Shown here piece after piece: positions 30,298 through 39,796 of a stretch of DNA of 64,000 bases. The stretch comes from a phage. A program made the position numbers and the translations under genes. The notes below the pieces were generated by a model, which saw only the letters and a program-made list of their open reading frames with translations, did not search any database and was not told the origin of the DNA. Positions within the stretch are counted from its first letter, which is position 1. Every line of letters starts with the position of its first letter. The DNA lies in sequence record PZ445429.1; one strand, written 5' to 3'.

Positions 30298-31071
30298 TTA
30301 GTCGTCCAGATCGCTAGCAGCTTCAGCGTCGATGCCTTTCTGAGAACCAGCATCTCCACCAGACTTAGCGTCACCGCCGTCTTGCTTCTCACGACCTTCC
30401 ATGAAGGCGAGAATAGCTTCTTTCTGCTCTTCATAGGACGGAACCGGGTAGGTTTCTTCCAGAGAAGGAACTTTTTCGAACTTGATGAACTCACCAGTAT
30501 CATCACACATAGCTTCACCAAGGATATCAACATCAGCGGCGTGCAGTTTAGACTCAGCACTGGTAGGATCTTTCAGTTTCATCTGGAACTGCATTGCTGC
30601 GATCTGCTGTACATCGTACTCAGTATCGAAGCCTTTACCTTTCTTCTCGATAGAAATATCGATATCGAATGGATCTGCCAGTTCAAGCTGCTTCATGATA
30701 GACTGGATGCCTTTCAGGATAGTAGCTTTAACTTCCATAACTTTCAGTTTGTTATCGGAACGGTCGATAACGAAAGCAATGTAGTTTTTCTTCGGTTTCA
30801 GCGGAACACGATTACCATCTTTGTCCAGCTCTTTCTCGAAGAAGCCCATTTCGTGAATCGGGTCAGCTTTACCGCGAACGAAGCTCTCTTTAGTACGGTT
30901 GAAACGCAGGCACTCAAACGGAGCTGCATTACCATCTTTGTTAGTCAGCCAGTAGACATAACGTGGAAGAACACCAGAAACGATACGAACACGAGTTACA
31001 CCGTTGTTGAATTTCAGGAAGTCGATTTTATCGTTAGAACCGCCAGTAGTTTCGCCCCAAGACTTAGCCAT
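30298..31071 (-). CDS. Hypothetical protein with acidic C-terminal tail (possible ssDNA-binding protein)
   Basis: 257 aa; C-terminus DAGSQKGIDAEAASDLDD resembles acidic tails of SSBs; host-optimised codons; an overlapping 101-aa ORF (30255-30560) is disregarded. Confidence 0.45.
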   Translation of the reverse strand: MAKSWGETTGGSNDKIDFLKFNNGVTRVRIVSGVLPRYVYWLTNKDGNAAPFECLRFNRTKESFVRGKADPIHEMGFFEKELDKDGNRVPLKPKKNYIAFVIDRSDNKLKVMEVKATILKGIQSIMKQLELADPFDIDISIEKKGKGFDTEYDVQQIAAMQFQMKLKDPTSAESKLHAADVDILGEAMCDDTGEFIKFEKVPSLEETYPVPSYEEQKEAILAFMEGREKQDGGDAKSGGDAGSQKGIDAEAASDLDD

Positions 31072-31426
31072 ATTTTATTTCCTCTTTAAAGATTATCTTC
31101 GATTTATTGATTGCAATAAGTGGGTTAGTGTCGATTACAGAACGTGGTATCCATATGGGGACATATTGCATGTCCAAACTCGGATCGTTTGTAAACTTAT
31201 ATTCGGCATAATTTCGTAGACTTAGAATTCCTAGATATTCTGCCAGTTGTCTATTAGACAATTTGTAAGGGTTATCAACAATAGTTGATTCATTCAAGAT
31301 GAATGAAGAACCGACCAGTAACTGGTGAGCATCAGGCTCTGCAAGCATTCTATTAAATAGCTTGACAATCAGGTCGGAGTTTCCTCTAGCTAAGAGGTAA
31401 ATTCTCTCGTAATCAAAGAATTTCAT
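31064..31426 (-). CDS. Hypothetical protein (120 aa)
   Basis: ORF preceded by two tandem promoter-like elements and a gagaga RBS-containing leader. Confidence 0.5.
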   Translation of the reverse strand: MKFFDYERIYLLARGNSDLIVKLFNRMLAEPDAHQLLVGSSFILNESTIVDNPYKLSNRQLAEYLGILSLRNYAEYKFTNDPSLDMQYVPIWIPRSVIDTNPLIAINKSKIIFKEEIKYG

Positions 31427-31446
31427 TTTTGTCTCTCATCAATTTA

Positions 31447-31495
31447 TGTATATATTATACATTAAATCGGGAGGATTTGACAAGTACAATTTTTA
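31447..31495 (-). promoter_or_regulatory. sigma70-type promoter (TTGTCA, 18 nt, TATAAT) for gene 31064-31426
   Basis: On - strand: -35 at 31478-31483, -10 at 31454-31459; A-tract upstream. Confidence 0.55.
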
Positions 31496-31547
31496 TTTTT
31501 CTGCTTCGGACTTTCTTATCAATCCGAAACTTTCTCTCTCAAATTTA

Positions 31548-31595
31548 TGTGTATATTATACAATAATTATGAGCAGTTGCCAAATGCAATTTTAC
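31548..31595 (-). promoter_or_regulatory. Second tandem sigma70-type promoter (TTGGCA, 17 nt, TATAAT) immediately downstream of the HNH gene
   Basis: On - strand: -35 at 31578-31583, -10 at 31555-31560; downstream leader near-duplicate of the one at 31427-31460. Confidence 0.5.
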
Positions 31596-32122
31596 TTATC
31601 TAAGTCCTCACGTCGGCAAATATATCCTTTGAATAGTTCTTGCCTGGAATCCATACCTAGATGCTGTGCTCTAAGTTCGTTAGCTTTATTTATAGCTAAC
31701 TCTAATTCTTCATAAGGGAATAACCCACCATATATTTTAACACCTATACAGTTAGTTATTTCTACTTTCCATTTAGAAGAGTTAGTATCCCAGTGTATAC
31801 CTAAGTATCCCGAAGTACTTCTAGTGTTTCTGTTTCTGCAGTTTTGCTGATGTGTGATCTCTCGCAAGTTATTCCATCTATTATCCCATCTTATACGATT
31901 AATATGGTCTATCTCTTCAGGAAACCTGCCTTCCATGTATAGGAAGGCTAGCCTATGCGCAGGATAAGATATTTTATCTATTTTTATATAGACATAACCA
32001 TTAGAATTACGAGACCCCGCAATACTTCCTTTCGCAGCTCTACCTTTAGCTACTCTACGAGTAAAATCACCTGTATCTGGATTATACTCGAAAAGTTCTT
32101 TGAGCTTATCTTGTGTTATCAT
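31592..32122 (-). CDS. HNH homing endonuclease with AP2-like DNA-binding domain
   Basis: HNH region (YPAHRLAFLY...IDHINRIRWDNRWNNLREITHQQN) plus AP2-like segment (GYLGIHWDTNSSKWKVEI...YGGLFPYEELELAINKANE). Confidence 0.75.
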   Translation of the reverse strand: MITQDKLKELFEYNPDTGDFTRRVAKGRAAKGSIAGSRNSNGYVYIKIDKISYPAHRLAFLYMEGRFPEEIDHINRIRWDNRWNNLREITHQQNCRNRNTRSTSGYLGIHWDTNSSKWKVEITNCIGVKIYGGLFPYEELELAINKANELRAQHLGMDSRQELFKGYICRREDLDK

Positions 32123-32123
32123 T

Positions 32124-33470
32124 TTATGCCTTAAATACTTCCTGGGCTAATCTAACTGCTTTCTCCGGAGTCATAGTAATAGTTTTCCACGCATTATTGC
32201 GATACACGGCCATACGTCCAGAAGCCTGTCTTAAACCAGTACCTCCTTTCATAATTAAATCTACAACAATCGGATCTAGTTTTCCGTCAACAATACGTTG
32301 AACGCGACCTGCTAGCTGTTCTATGAGAGATTCATTATTAATGAGACTTCCCATTATTAAACAAGACAGCTCGTTAAGAGAGATACCTTCTGAGAAGATA
32401 CTCTGAGCTGCTGCAAGTACACATGGTCCGCCCTCCGCTACATCTTTCTGGATCCTTAATCGATCATCTAAAGGAGTTGCACCTATAATCTCATGGGTTG
32501 TAACACCACGTTGTGCGAGAGCTTCTAGTATTGTTTGAATTAATTCTGTTCTATCACTTACAAAGAGAACCTTATGCCCCATAGACACATATAAATGAGC
32601 TAGATTTATAATAGTTTCCCGATATTCAGGATGATTATATACATCGTTAGCCCGTAGTGCCCACGGTACGTTCTGGTTTCCTGATAACTCAACAGGCACG
32701 GAGTACCTATGGATTGTGGGTGGAACAGTGTTATTAACAGGTGGGCTAAAGATCTTATATCCAAAGAAATCTTTGAACATAACTTGTAAGCCATCTTTAC
32801 GTTTTAACGTGCCTGATAGACCGATCTTGTAGCGAGCACACGAGATCTCTAGGAAATTAGTGAAAGTTGTAGCCACACAGTGGTGAACTTCATCAACTAT
32901 AACAGTACCGAACACCTTAGAAAGATTATTCGCATGTTTGTTCACTGTTTGTATATTACTGACCACGATTGGTGGATCAATATTATACTTCCCAGAACCT
33001 ATAATACCAGGCTCGAACCCAAACCATTTACGAACTTCTGCAGCCCACATTTCACGAATGGATGTGTTAGTGCAGATTACCAGAGTTTTCTGACCAAACT
33101 TATACGCAAGAGCTAGAGCTAAGATAGTTTTACCAAATCCAGGCTTACCATTGATAATACAAGTATCATCACACTCTTCATATATAGGAAGCTGATCTTC
33201 TTCACGTAGCTTGAACTGAGGTTCTGGTATTTCTACCGGAGCTAACGTGCGTTTATCAACTAATTCGTATTTTACTCCCTTAGCCTCTAGTAAATCCAGA
33301 CGCGTAACGGGAATCCACTTAATCTCTTTAGCAACAACACCACTATTCTTATACATAATAGGGTATTTACTAGTCATTGTCTCGATGTGATAAGTGGTTT
33401 GTTTACTACAGTAATCCCAGAGTTCATCATCGGGCTTGAAATAGGCTTTATTAGATATAACAACCTTCAT
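32124..33470 (-). CDS. SF2 ATP-dependent DNA helicase (T5 D10-like, 448 aa)
   Basis: Walker A GKPGFGKT, DEVH box (VIVDEVHH), helicase C-terminal motifs. Confidence 0.8.
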   Translation of the reverse strand: MKVVISNKAYFKPDDELWDYCSKQTTYHIETMTSKYPIMYKNSGVVAKEIKWIPVTRLDLLEAKGVKYELVDKRTLAPVEIPEPQFKLREEDQLPIYEECDDTCIINGKPGFGKTILALALAYKFGQKTLVICTNTSIREMWAAEVRKWFGFEPGIIGSGKYNIDPPIVVSNIQTVNKHANNLSKVFGTVIVDEVHHCVATTFTNFLEISCARYKIGLSGTLKRKDGLQVMFKDFFGYKIFSPPVNNTVPPTIHRYSVPVELSGNQNVPWALRANDVYNHPEYRETIINLAHLYVSMGHKVLFVSDRTELIQTILEALAQRGVTTHEIIGATPLDDRLRIQKDVAEGGPCVLAAAQSIFSEGISLNELSCLIMGSLINNESLIEQLAGRVQRIVDGKLDPIVVDLIMKGGTGLRQASGRMAVYRNNAWKTITMTPEKAVRLAQEVFKA

Positions 33471-33964
33471 AATTTTATTCTAAGTCTAGGAATTTCAGGC
33501 TCCTCTTGATGGACTTGGTAAATAACAGGGCTATTATTTACCAGAATATAGCTTATATAAGCTGGAACATAGGATAGTACGAATGGATATGGAACTTTGG
33601 CCACATAACATTGATACTTTCCATTATAAATTCTTGCAGAATGCAGAACTTTAGACGTGATAACATCATAGAACGTAGTTTTCTTCCAATTAATAAGATT
33701 TCCATCAGAATCTATGAACTGGCTACGCTTTGACCCAACTAATTGGGACAACATTGATATTCTACCACGAATAGGATAGAGCTTATAAGGTAATTCTTTC
33801 CGCTTCTCGAATAGGTCTAACCTACGTTGAGAGAATGTGCCAGGCAACTTCCTGTTATCTAGCACATATTTATTATATCTTGTTGTAATTACGGAATAAT
33901 CACCTTCCTGCTCAATTGATACAAACGCCCGTAAAGCATATACGGGCAATTTGAAATCAAGCAC
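33467..33964 (-). CDS. Hypothetical protein (165 aa)
   Basis: ORF between DNA polymerase and helicase genes, overlapping stop/start. Confidence 0.5.
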   Translation of the reverse strand: MLDFKLPVYALRAFVSIEQEGDYSVITTRYNKYVLDNRKLPGTFSQRRLDLFEKRKELPYKLYPIRGRISMLSQLVGSKRSQFIDSDGNLINWKKTTFYDVITSKVLHSARIYNGKYQCYVAKVPYPFVLSYVPAYISYILVNNSPVIYQVHQEEPEIPRLRIKL

Positions 33965-36524
33965 CTAAAATCCTTTTCACATTATCCAGATCTTTACATA
34001 CAGCAATAAACTTATCATCCTTGTACTTGCTGTGGTCTGGGTGCTCTTTATCCATTGCAACTAACTTCTTATACTCGAAATCTGCATCGAGTAATACACC
34101 CTTAACATAACGAGTATATTCATCATCATCAATACAAGCGATTGATGGGTGCTGTTTCTTCATCTTACCACAAGAGTAGTCGCGAGAACCACCTTTCTCA
34201 GAATCAGAATCAATACCGATTGGGCAGCCAGGGATACTAATACCACGATCCTTCTGGATGTTACGAATCAGAATCTCGTTATACTGATCGATCAGATCTT
34301 CACGTACAATGGCAACCACGGAGTCGTGAACCAACATGACGATCTTCATCTCTTTTCCTAGACCCAGTGACAGGATTTCTTCATCAGCATCAATAGCACC
34401 TAACAACAGGCTATCAGAAGATGCAGACTGAATGATTGCGTTAAATCCAGAACGGATTTCTTCACCCTGAACACCACGATCTTCGGAATGGATGTTGTGC
34501 AGACGACGCTTACGACCAAAGTGACTATAGATGAATCCAAAGTTCTTGATCTGATCGTGGCACTTATCAATCCAACGCTTAAGCTGAGGGAACTGACCGA
34601 AGTAAGTTTCGATATAGTCCTTAGCATCTGCAACGGTACATTCAACAAACGGTTCGCCTGTCTTAGCAGCCTGTTCCAGAAGAGCTTCGTTAACAGAATG
34701 AGCTACTTTCGCTGGGCCAGAACCATACAGAATACCGAAGGTAATTGCCTTAGCAGCCTGACGCAGAGCTGGGAACAGCTTTTTAACATCACGTGGTTCA
34801 CAGGTCAGTTTAAATACCATGTGTGCGATGTTTGAGTGGAAGTCAGGGTATTTATCCGGCTCATTCTTCATGTTGATAAATACTTGTTGCATGTTTCTGT
34901 CACCAGACAGTACAGCAGCGTAATAAACTTCCGCAGTTGTTAAGTCCCATGCGATTACACGATATCCAGGGGGAGCTACTACACAACCCTTGATAATAGA
35001 TTCATCACGTGGTAACTGTTGCAGGTTTAGCTTACCAGAAGAACTCAGACGACCAGAAGTAGTCATGTGTTCGTGGAAACCGGTACGAATGCAACCATCT
35101 GCATCGATGCTCAGAAGAATCTTCTCAACATAAGTAGAGATCAGCTTAGTCAGCTTACGAATCTCTAGCAGAGTTTTAGCAATCGGGTGCTGAGTAGCCA
35201 GTTCATTCAGAGCTTCTGCATTTGTAGAATCTGCACCTGTATCCGTCAGTTTACCAGTTGGAGTCAAACCAACATAATCAAACAGAAGAACACGGAGTTG
35301 CTTAACAGAGTTCGGGTTAAACGCTTCGTTCTGATTCTTCTCCAGCTGAACGACTTCTGGATAAGTATACAGCTTCTCACGAGCCATATTTAATCGATGT
35401 GTCAACTGATACTGAGCTTCTTTCAAGCGATCAACGGAAATCGGTACACCACGATCTTCAACACGTTGCAGGAATACACAACCAGGCATCAGAACTTCGT
35501 AGTATAGACTGCAAAGCTTTTCGTTCTTCTCAATTTTTGGTAAGAAGAAGTTATGCAGACGCAGAGTAGCATCGGTATCTTTTGCAGCATATGGCCACAT
35601 AATATCAAAAGGAATCAGATCATAGCTGAAATCCTCTTTTTTGATCTTATGTGCCTTGCAATAATCATCCTTGAACTTATCCAGTTCAAAGTCATAATCG
35701 CCCATGTCAGTATACTTCATAGCCAGAGATTTCAAGCCGTGAGTACCACGACGTTCATCAAGAACATAGTGTTGCAACATGGTATCATGAAGTCTACGCT
35801 CTTTATGTGCTTTCTCGAAGGAAAGTCCTAGATGATAGGAGTAAAAGTGCATATCGAACTTCAAGTTATGAAAAACGATCTGATGATTCTTGCTATCCAG
35901 AATTTTCTGGAGATAATGTACAGCTACTTCGGTAATGCTGTCAGAGTCAATATAGACACCCTGATACTCTTGGTGAGACATAGAAACACCAAGAAGATAA
36001 CCATCACGAGCATACAGAGCTGAGGTTTCGGAGTCGAATGCGATAGGTCCGATAACCATATTATACACCATCTTGATGTATTCTTCAGCTTCATCTGGAT
36101 CAGTAATAGGACGATAATCACCAGCTTTTGCAATCTTCTCACGACCATTAATAATGTCATGAATACTTTCAACAGTTGCATCGAAAACTGGTTTCATTTC
36201 AGGTTTAAAGTGTAGCTGAGCTGGACTAATACTTGCAATCCAGTTGGCATAGCCTCCATGCTCTACACGTTTACCAGTATAATCACCGATACCTTTCTTA
36301 CCTGCGAAATACAGGAAAGGTTCAGCACCAACTAGTACAACAAAATCGTAATCGTTCGGATCGAACGGGTTATCTGGAGTTCCGATTGTAATATGCTTTT
36401 TCAGCAAACGGCCAGATAACTTCTCGTTACACATATGGAATACATCAACTTCCTCACCATAAAGCTGGAAGTGTTTATCATAACGAGTGTTATTTAGAGC
36501 TTTATCAACTACTGCAATTTTCAA
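33957..36524 (-). CDS. DNA polymerase, family A (T5 DNA polymerase-like, 855 aa)
   Basis: 855 aa; 3'-5' exonuclease motifs (FDSETSAL) and family A polymerase motifs (YGSGP, finger/palm region); same size as T5 polymerase. Confidence 0.9.
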   Translation of the reverse strand: MKIAVVDKALNNTRYDKHFQLYGEEVDVFHMCNEKLSGRLLKKHITIGTPDNPFDPNDYDFVVLVGAEPFLYFAGKKGIGDYTGKRVEHGGYANWIASISPAQLHFKPEMKPVFDATVESIHDIINGREKIAKAGDYRPITDPDEAEEYIKMVYNMVIGPIAFDSETSALYARDGYLLGVSMSHQEYQGVYIDSDSITEVAVHYLQKILDSKNHQIVFHNLKFDMHFYSYHLGLSFEKAHKERRLHDTMLQHYVLDERRGTHGLKSLAMKYTDMGDYDFELDKFKDDYCKAHKIKKEDFSYDLIPFDIMWPYAAKDTDATLRLHNFFLPKIEKNEKLCSLYYEVLMPGCVFLQRVEDRGVPISVDRLKEAQYQLTHRLNMAREKLYTYPEVVQLEKNQNEAFNPNSVKQLRVLLFDYVGLTPTGKLTDTGADSTNAEALNELATQHPIAKTLLEIRKLTKLISTYVEKILLSIDADGCIRTGFHEHMTTSGRLSSSGKLNLQQLPRDESIIKGCVVAPPGYRVIAWDLTTAEVYYAAVLSGDRNMQQVFINMKNEPDKYPDFHSNIAHMVFKLTCEPRDVKKLFPALRQAAKAITFGILYGSGPAKVAHSVNEALLEQAAKTGEPFVECTVADAKDYIETYFGQFPQLKRWIDKCHDQIKNFGFIYSHFGRKRRLHNIHSEDRGVQGEEIRSGFNAIIQSASSDSLLLGAIDADEEILSLGLGKEMKIVMLVHDSVVAIVREDLIDQYNEILIRNIQKDRGISIPGCPIGIDSDSEKGGSRDYSCGKMKKQHPSIACIDDDEYTRYVKGVLLDADFEYKKLVAMDKEHPDHSKYKDDKFIAVCKDLDNVKRILGA

Positions 36525-36586
36525 ATTTAGTCTCCTTTTGGTAAGTAAGTATAACTTCAGTGTTTCTTCTCTAACTTACCAATATA

Positions 36587-37477
36587 TTATACCAAATCTT
36601 TGAGCGATTCGGCAACTAAAATTTCAATACGTTGAGCCAACATATCGATCTCTTCTTTATTTAAGTCACCTGGGTCTTTGCCTTCTGGAAGAAGGAAGTT
36701 ACCAACTACAGGTGTTAAACGTGTTTTTGTACGAATTAGCTTCGCTAGTGCTTGGGCAGCTTTATTACCAGAGGCATCATTATCTAGCAAGATAACAACT
36801 ACTCTTACTCCAGCAATAATGTAAGGACTAAACTTATCCGCAATGTTATCAGATGTAAACTGATGTGTACCAAAGCAGCAAGAAGCATAATCTACACCAT
36901 TGTCTTCTAGATTTAACATATCAAAGATACCTTCAACTAGAACAAGAACTGGTGTATTATATCGTACAGGGAAAATCGGTGGTGAAACTTGTTTTGGTTT
37001 TACTAAGTATTTAGGAGGGGCAGAACTGTTTATAGAACGTCCCAGGAATAGGATATTGCGTCCAACAGCATCTGTTATTGGGAATACAATTCTGCCTTCC
37101 CAGTCTGCTTGATGTTGGAAAGCAAAATATTTCTTCAAGGTCTTAGAACTGATACCTCGGAAATCACCTTCGAAAAGGTAAGCAGATTCAGGAATTGCAA
37201 GATTCGTAGATCCATTCCTAATCTCTGAAATCTTTTTACGTACTTGTGACAATCTTGGGGACTGTCTGTACTGAGTCTCATTAAAATAATGGTAAATGCT
37301 CGGTATTCCTCTACCGAAGCCACAGCTCAAGCAATGCATAATACCTGATTCAGGATCAATACGCAAGCTTGGGTGTTTATCATCATGATCTGGATTGAGA
37401 CAACAGATGAGGATGTCCCCACCTGTGTCTTTGTATTCAATGCCTTTCAGATCAAGTAGTTCTGTTATTCTACTCAT
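36587..37477 (-). CDS. DNA primase (DnaG-like; zinc-binding plus Toprim)
   Basis: CxxC..HxxC zinc motif (CCLNPDHDDKHPS...CLSCGF); Toprim-like acidic motifs (LVLVEGIFD, LLDNDASG). Confidence 0.7.
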   Translation of the reverse strand: MSRITELLDLKGIEYKDTGGDILICCLNPDHDDKHPSLRIDPESGIMHCLSCGFGRGIPSIYHYFNETQYRQSPRLSQVRKKISEIRNGSTNLAIPESAYLFEGDFRGISSKTLKKYFAFQHQADWEGRIVFPITDAVGRNILFLGRSINSSAPPKYLVKPKQVSPPIFPVRYNTPVLVLVEGIFDMLNLEDNGVDYASCCFGTHQFTSDNIADKFSPYIIAGVRVVVILLDNDASGNKAAQALAKLIRTKTRLTPVVGNFLLPEGKDPGDLNKEEIDMLAQRIEILVAESLKDLV

Positions 37478-38997
37478 ATATCGCTGGCCTGTTCACCTGT
37501 TGAATTTTCAGCTTTGTCTTTCTTAGCACGTTTAGGTTGAGCTGGTTTATCCTTTTCAATAGGAATAACGAACTCAGCTTCCATTTGCGCAATATCTTCC
37601 ATTGCTAGGTTGGTAGTGTTATCCATTCGCAGAGTTTCCCAGTTCATCTTAGGCATAAACTTCACACTATCAGAGGAACGAGTCTTAACGAAGTCAAACA
37701 TAATAGCACCTTGACCATTATCAGCTTTTGCAGCATTAAGATTAGCAGCCATATCTGCGGAATCAAGAATCCCTTTAGACATACGCGTTCTACCATCTTG
37801 GTCAATCTGGTAAGGAGCAACACCAGCCACGTTATGTTTCTGGCAGATAGATTTGAAAGACGAACTAACGACCATCTGTTCTTTCCAGTCATACATGTCA
37901 ATGGTCTTTGAATCTGGAAGTCTTGTTTGGTTAATATAGTCTAGAAGAGCTACAGTAACCTTATCACCATATTTAGCAACTAGTTTATTTAATTCTACGT
38001 CAACCGTCGTAATAGACAGTTCAGGATCGTAAACGATGATCATAGGAGTGTGAAGCTCATAGCCTTCAAGGAGTTTACTTTCCATATCATAGAAGTCACT
38101 CATTTTAGCCATAGTGTATTGCTTAACGAAGTTATCGAAAAGCTCTTCACCCCCATTAAACATCCTAGCCCTAGTTCTGGCTAATCTCAACAGAGCAGCA
38201 CCTTCAAGAGTGTTATTACGCATTGCTAATGCAGATACTCCAGCTAACATAGCCAGATTACGTCTAAACACTTCGTGCTCTTTCATCTCAATTGAGAAGT
38301 ATGGAGCAATGTCTCCATTCAAATATTGCTGAACCTGTATGTTTGAACAGATAATGGATTTACCAGTACCACGCCAACCACCAAGCAGTAACGTTTCTGT
38401 GCGAGCTAAACCAATTTGAGCGTCGAACTCATTACAAATACCAAGAGCGATCAAGTTCAGTTTGGTATCTTCTTCTCTCTGGAAAATACGCATTGTGTCT
38501 GCGTTGAATACCTTTCCAGTATTCGTTACTTTCTCTTCTAATTTTAAGTGAAGGGAGGCAACTCGGTTGAGAATTTCTCCCTGATCCAGCATTGTTAAAT
38601 CTTGAAGCACGTCTGTTTCTAGAAGTTTCAGGAATAGATCCTGTGTATATTCGGCTTCTAGGACTTCAAGCGCCTGTTCCATGCTCACTTCTGGAATTTG
38701 AGTGTTAGCTAAGACGACAAGAGCTTGAGAAAGGCGGGCGTTCCTATTGGCCTCAAGCATCAGTGCGTCAATGGACGGCATTGCGTTATATTTCTTATAA
38801 TAATTCTGGACGGCTTGGTAAATTGAGGAGAAAGCGTCATTAAAATGATCTTTATGCAGTTTTGAGAATGTTTCCAATGCTATTTGCTTCTGTTCAGAAG
38901 CGAGAAGCATCTTCAACACTACAGCTTGCACGTTAAACAAGGTCATTCTCCTTTGCACGCTTTCGTGCCTTCTAAATGCAAAAAGGGGAAGGAGCAT
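37474..38997 (-). CDS. Replicative DNA helicase (DnaB-like)
   Basis: RecA-like core with Walker A LLGGWRGTGKS; 507 aa; coupled to primase gene. Confidence 0.65.
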   Translation of the reverse strand: MLLPLFAFRRHESVQRRMTLFNVQAVVLKMLLASEQKQIALETFSKLHKDHFNDAFSSIYQAVQNYYKKYNAMPSIDALMLEANRNARLSQALVVLANTQIPEVSMEQALEVLEAEYTQDLFLKLLETDVLQDLTMLDQGEILNRVASLHLKLEEKVTNTGKVFNADTMRIFQREEDTKLNLIALGICNEFDAQIGLARTETLLLGGWRGTGKSIICSNIQVQQYLNGDIAPYFSIEMKEHEVFRRNLAMLAGVSALAMRNNTLEGAALLRLARTRARMFNGGEELFDNFVKQYTMAKMSDFYDMESKLLEGYELHTPMIIVYDPELSITTVDVELNKLVAKYGDKVTVALLDYINQTRLPDSKTIDMYDWKEQMVVSSSFKSICQKHNVAGVAPYQIDQDGRTRMSKGILDSADMAANLNAAKADNGQGAIMFDFVKTRSSDSVKFMPKMNWETLRMDNTTNLAMEDIAQMEAEFVIPIEKDKPAQPKRAKKDKAENSTGEQASDI

Positions 38998-39012
38998 AGC
39001 CCCCTCCCCTTA
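38978..39012 (-). terminator. Rho-independent terminator downstream of D5-like gene
   Basis: GC-rich hairpin aagggga...tcccctt with A-run on + strand (U-run on - strand transcript). Confidence 0.55.
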
Positions 39013-39028
39013 GGTTTAATTTACCAGA

Positions 39029-39796
39029 TTATTCAGCAGCCGCAGCTTTTGCATCCAGTTTAGCACGCTTAGCAGCACCATCATAGTCCTTAGCAACCAG
39101 ACCACGACGAGACAGCATAGATTTAACACCGCGCTCAGACTTACCAGTTTTCTCAGCAACTTCTGCAACAGTCATAGAAGCCAGATCCAGACCTTCTAAC
39201 AGATCTTCACGAGTCTTAGCACTTGATGTTTCCTGTACCGGCATAGCAGCGATACGACCTTCACGAAGCAGGCTCAGAGCTTTACCACGGATCTGCTTAA
39301 TATTACGACCGAAGTGAGCAGCGATAGCTTCAATAGTAGCACCAGCAACAACCTGATTAACGAAATCAGTTTCTTCGTCAGGAGTGAAGGAACGAACAGC
39401 AGCAGCTTTTTCAGTTGGCTTAACAGAAGCGGTCATTTCCAGACTCAGGATCTTACCCTGTACCTGCTTAGCACCGAACTGACCACCAGCTACAGCAGCA
39501 GCGATTTCAGCGTAAGTATACTGACCAGCATGAGCGTTCAGGAAATCAACTAGTTCAGCTTCCTGCTCAGGAGTCCACGGGGATTTCTGTACTTCGTTAG
39601 CTTTCTGTACTTCGAAACCTTCTTTACGCAGCTTAGAGCCAACAGAGCGAGCGGTAACGTCTTTGCCAGTCTCGGTAGCCAGTTCAGCAGCGATAGCAGC
39701 TACTTGTTCTTGAGAGATTACAGCAACACCCAGAGCAGTGGCTTTTGCTTTCAGAGACTCGGTTACACCTTCTACGTTCCAGTTCAGTTTAGACAT
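39029..39796 (-). CDS. DNA-binding protein with four tandem HTH-like repeats (T5 D5-like)
   Basis: 255 aa, Ala-rich, four repeats of roughly 35-aa modules; host-optimised codons. Confidence 0.5.
   Translation of the reverse strand: MSKLNWNVEGVTESLKAKATALGVAVISQEQVAAIAAELATETGKDVTARSVGSKLRKEGFEVQKANEVQKSPWTPEQEAELVDFLNAHAGQYTYAEIAAAVAGGQFGAKQVQGKILSLEMTASVKPTEKAAAVRSFTPDEETDFVNQVVAGATIEAIAAHFGRNIKQIRGKALSLLREGRIAAMPVQETSSAKTREDLLEGLDLASMTVAEVAEKTGKSERGVKSMLSRRGLVAKDYDGAAKRAKLDAKAAAAE

Noticed and set aside
30382-31089. 235-aa + strand ORF antisense to gene 30298-31071, and 101-aa ORF 30255-30560
   Set aside because: Shadow ORFs of a codon-biased gene; no independent signals; the 257-aa - strand ORF has the coherent start, RBS and acidic tail.
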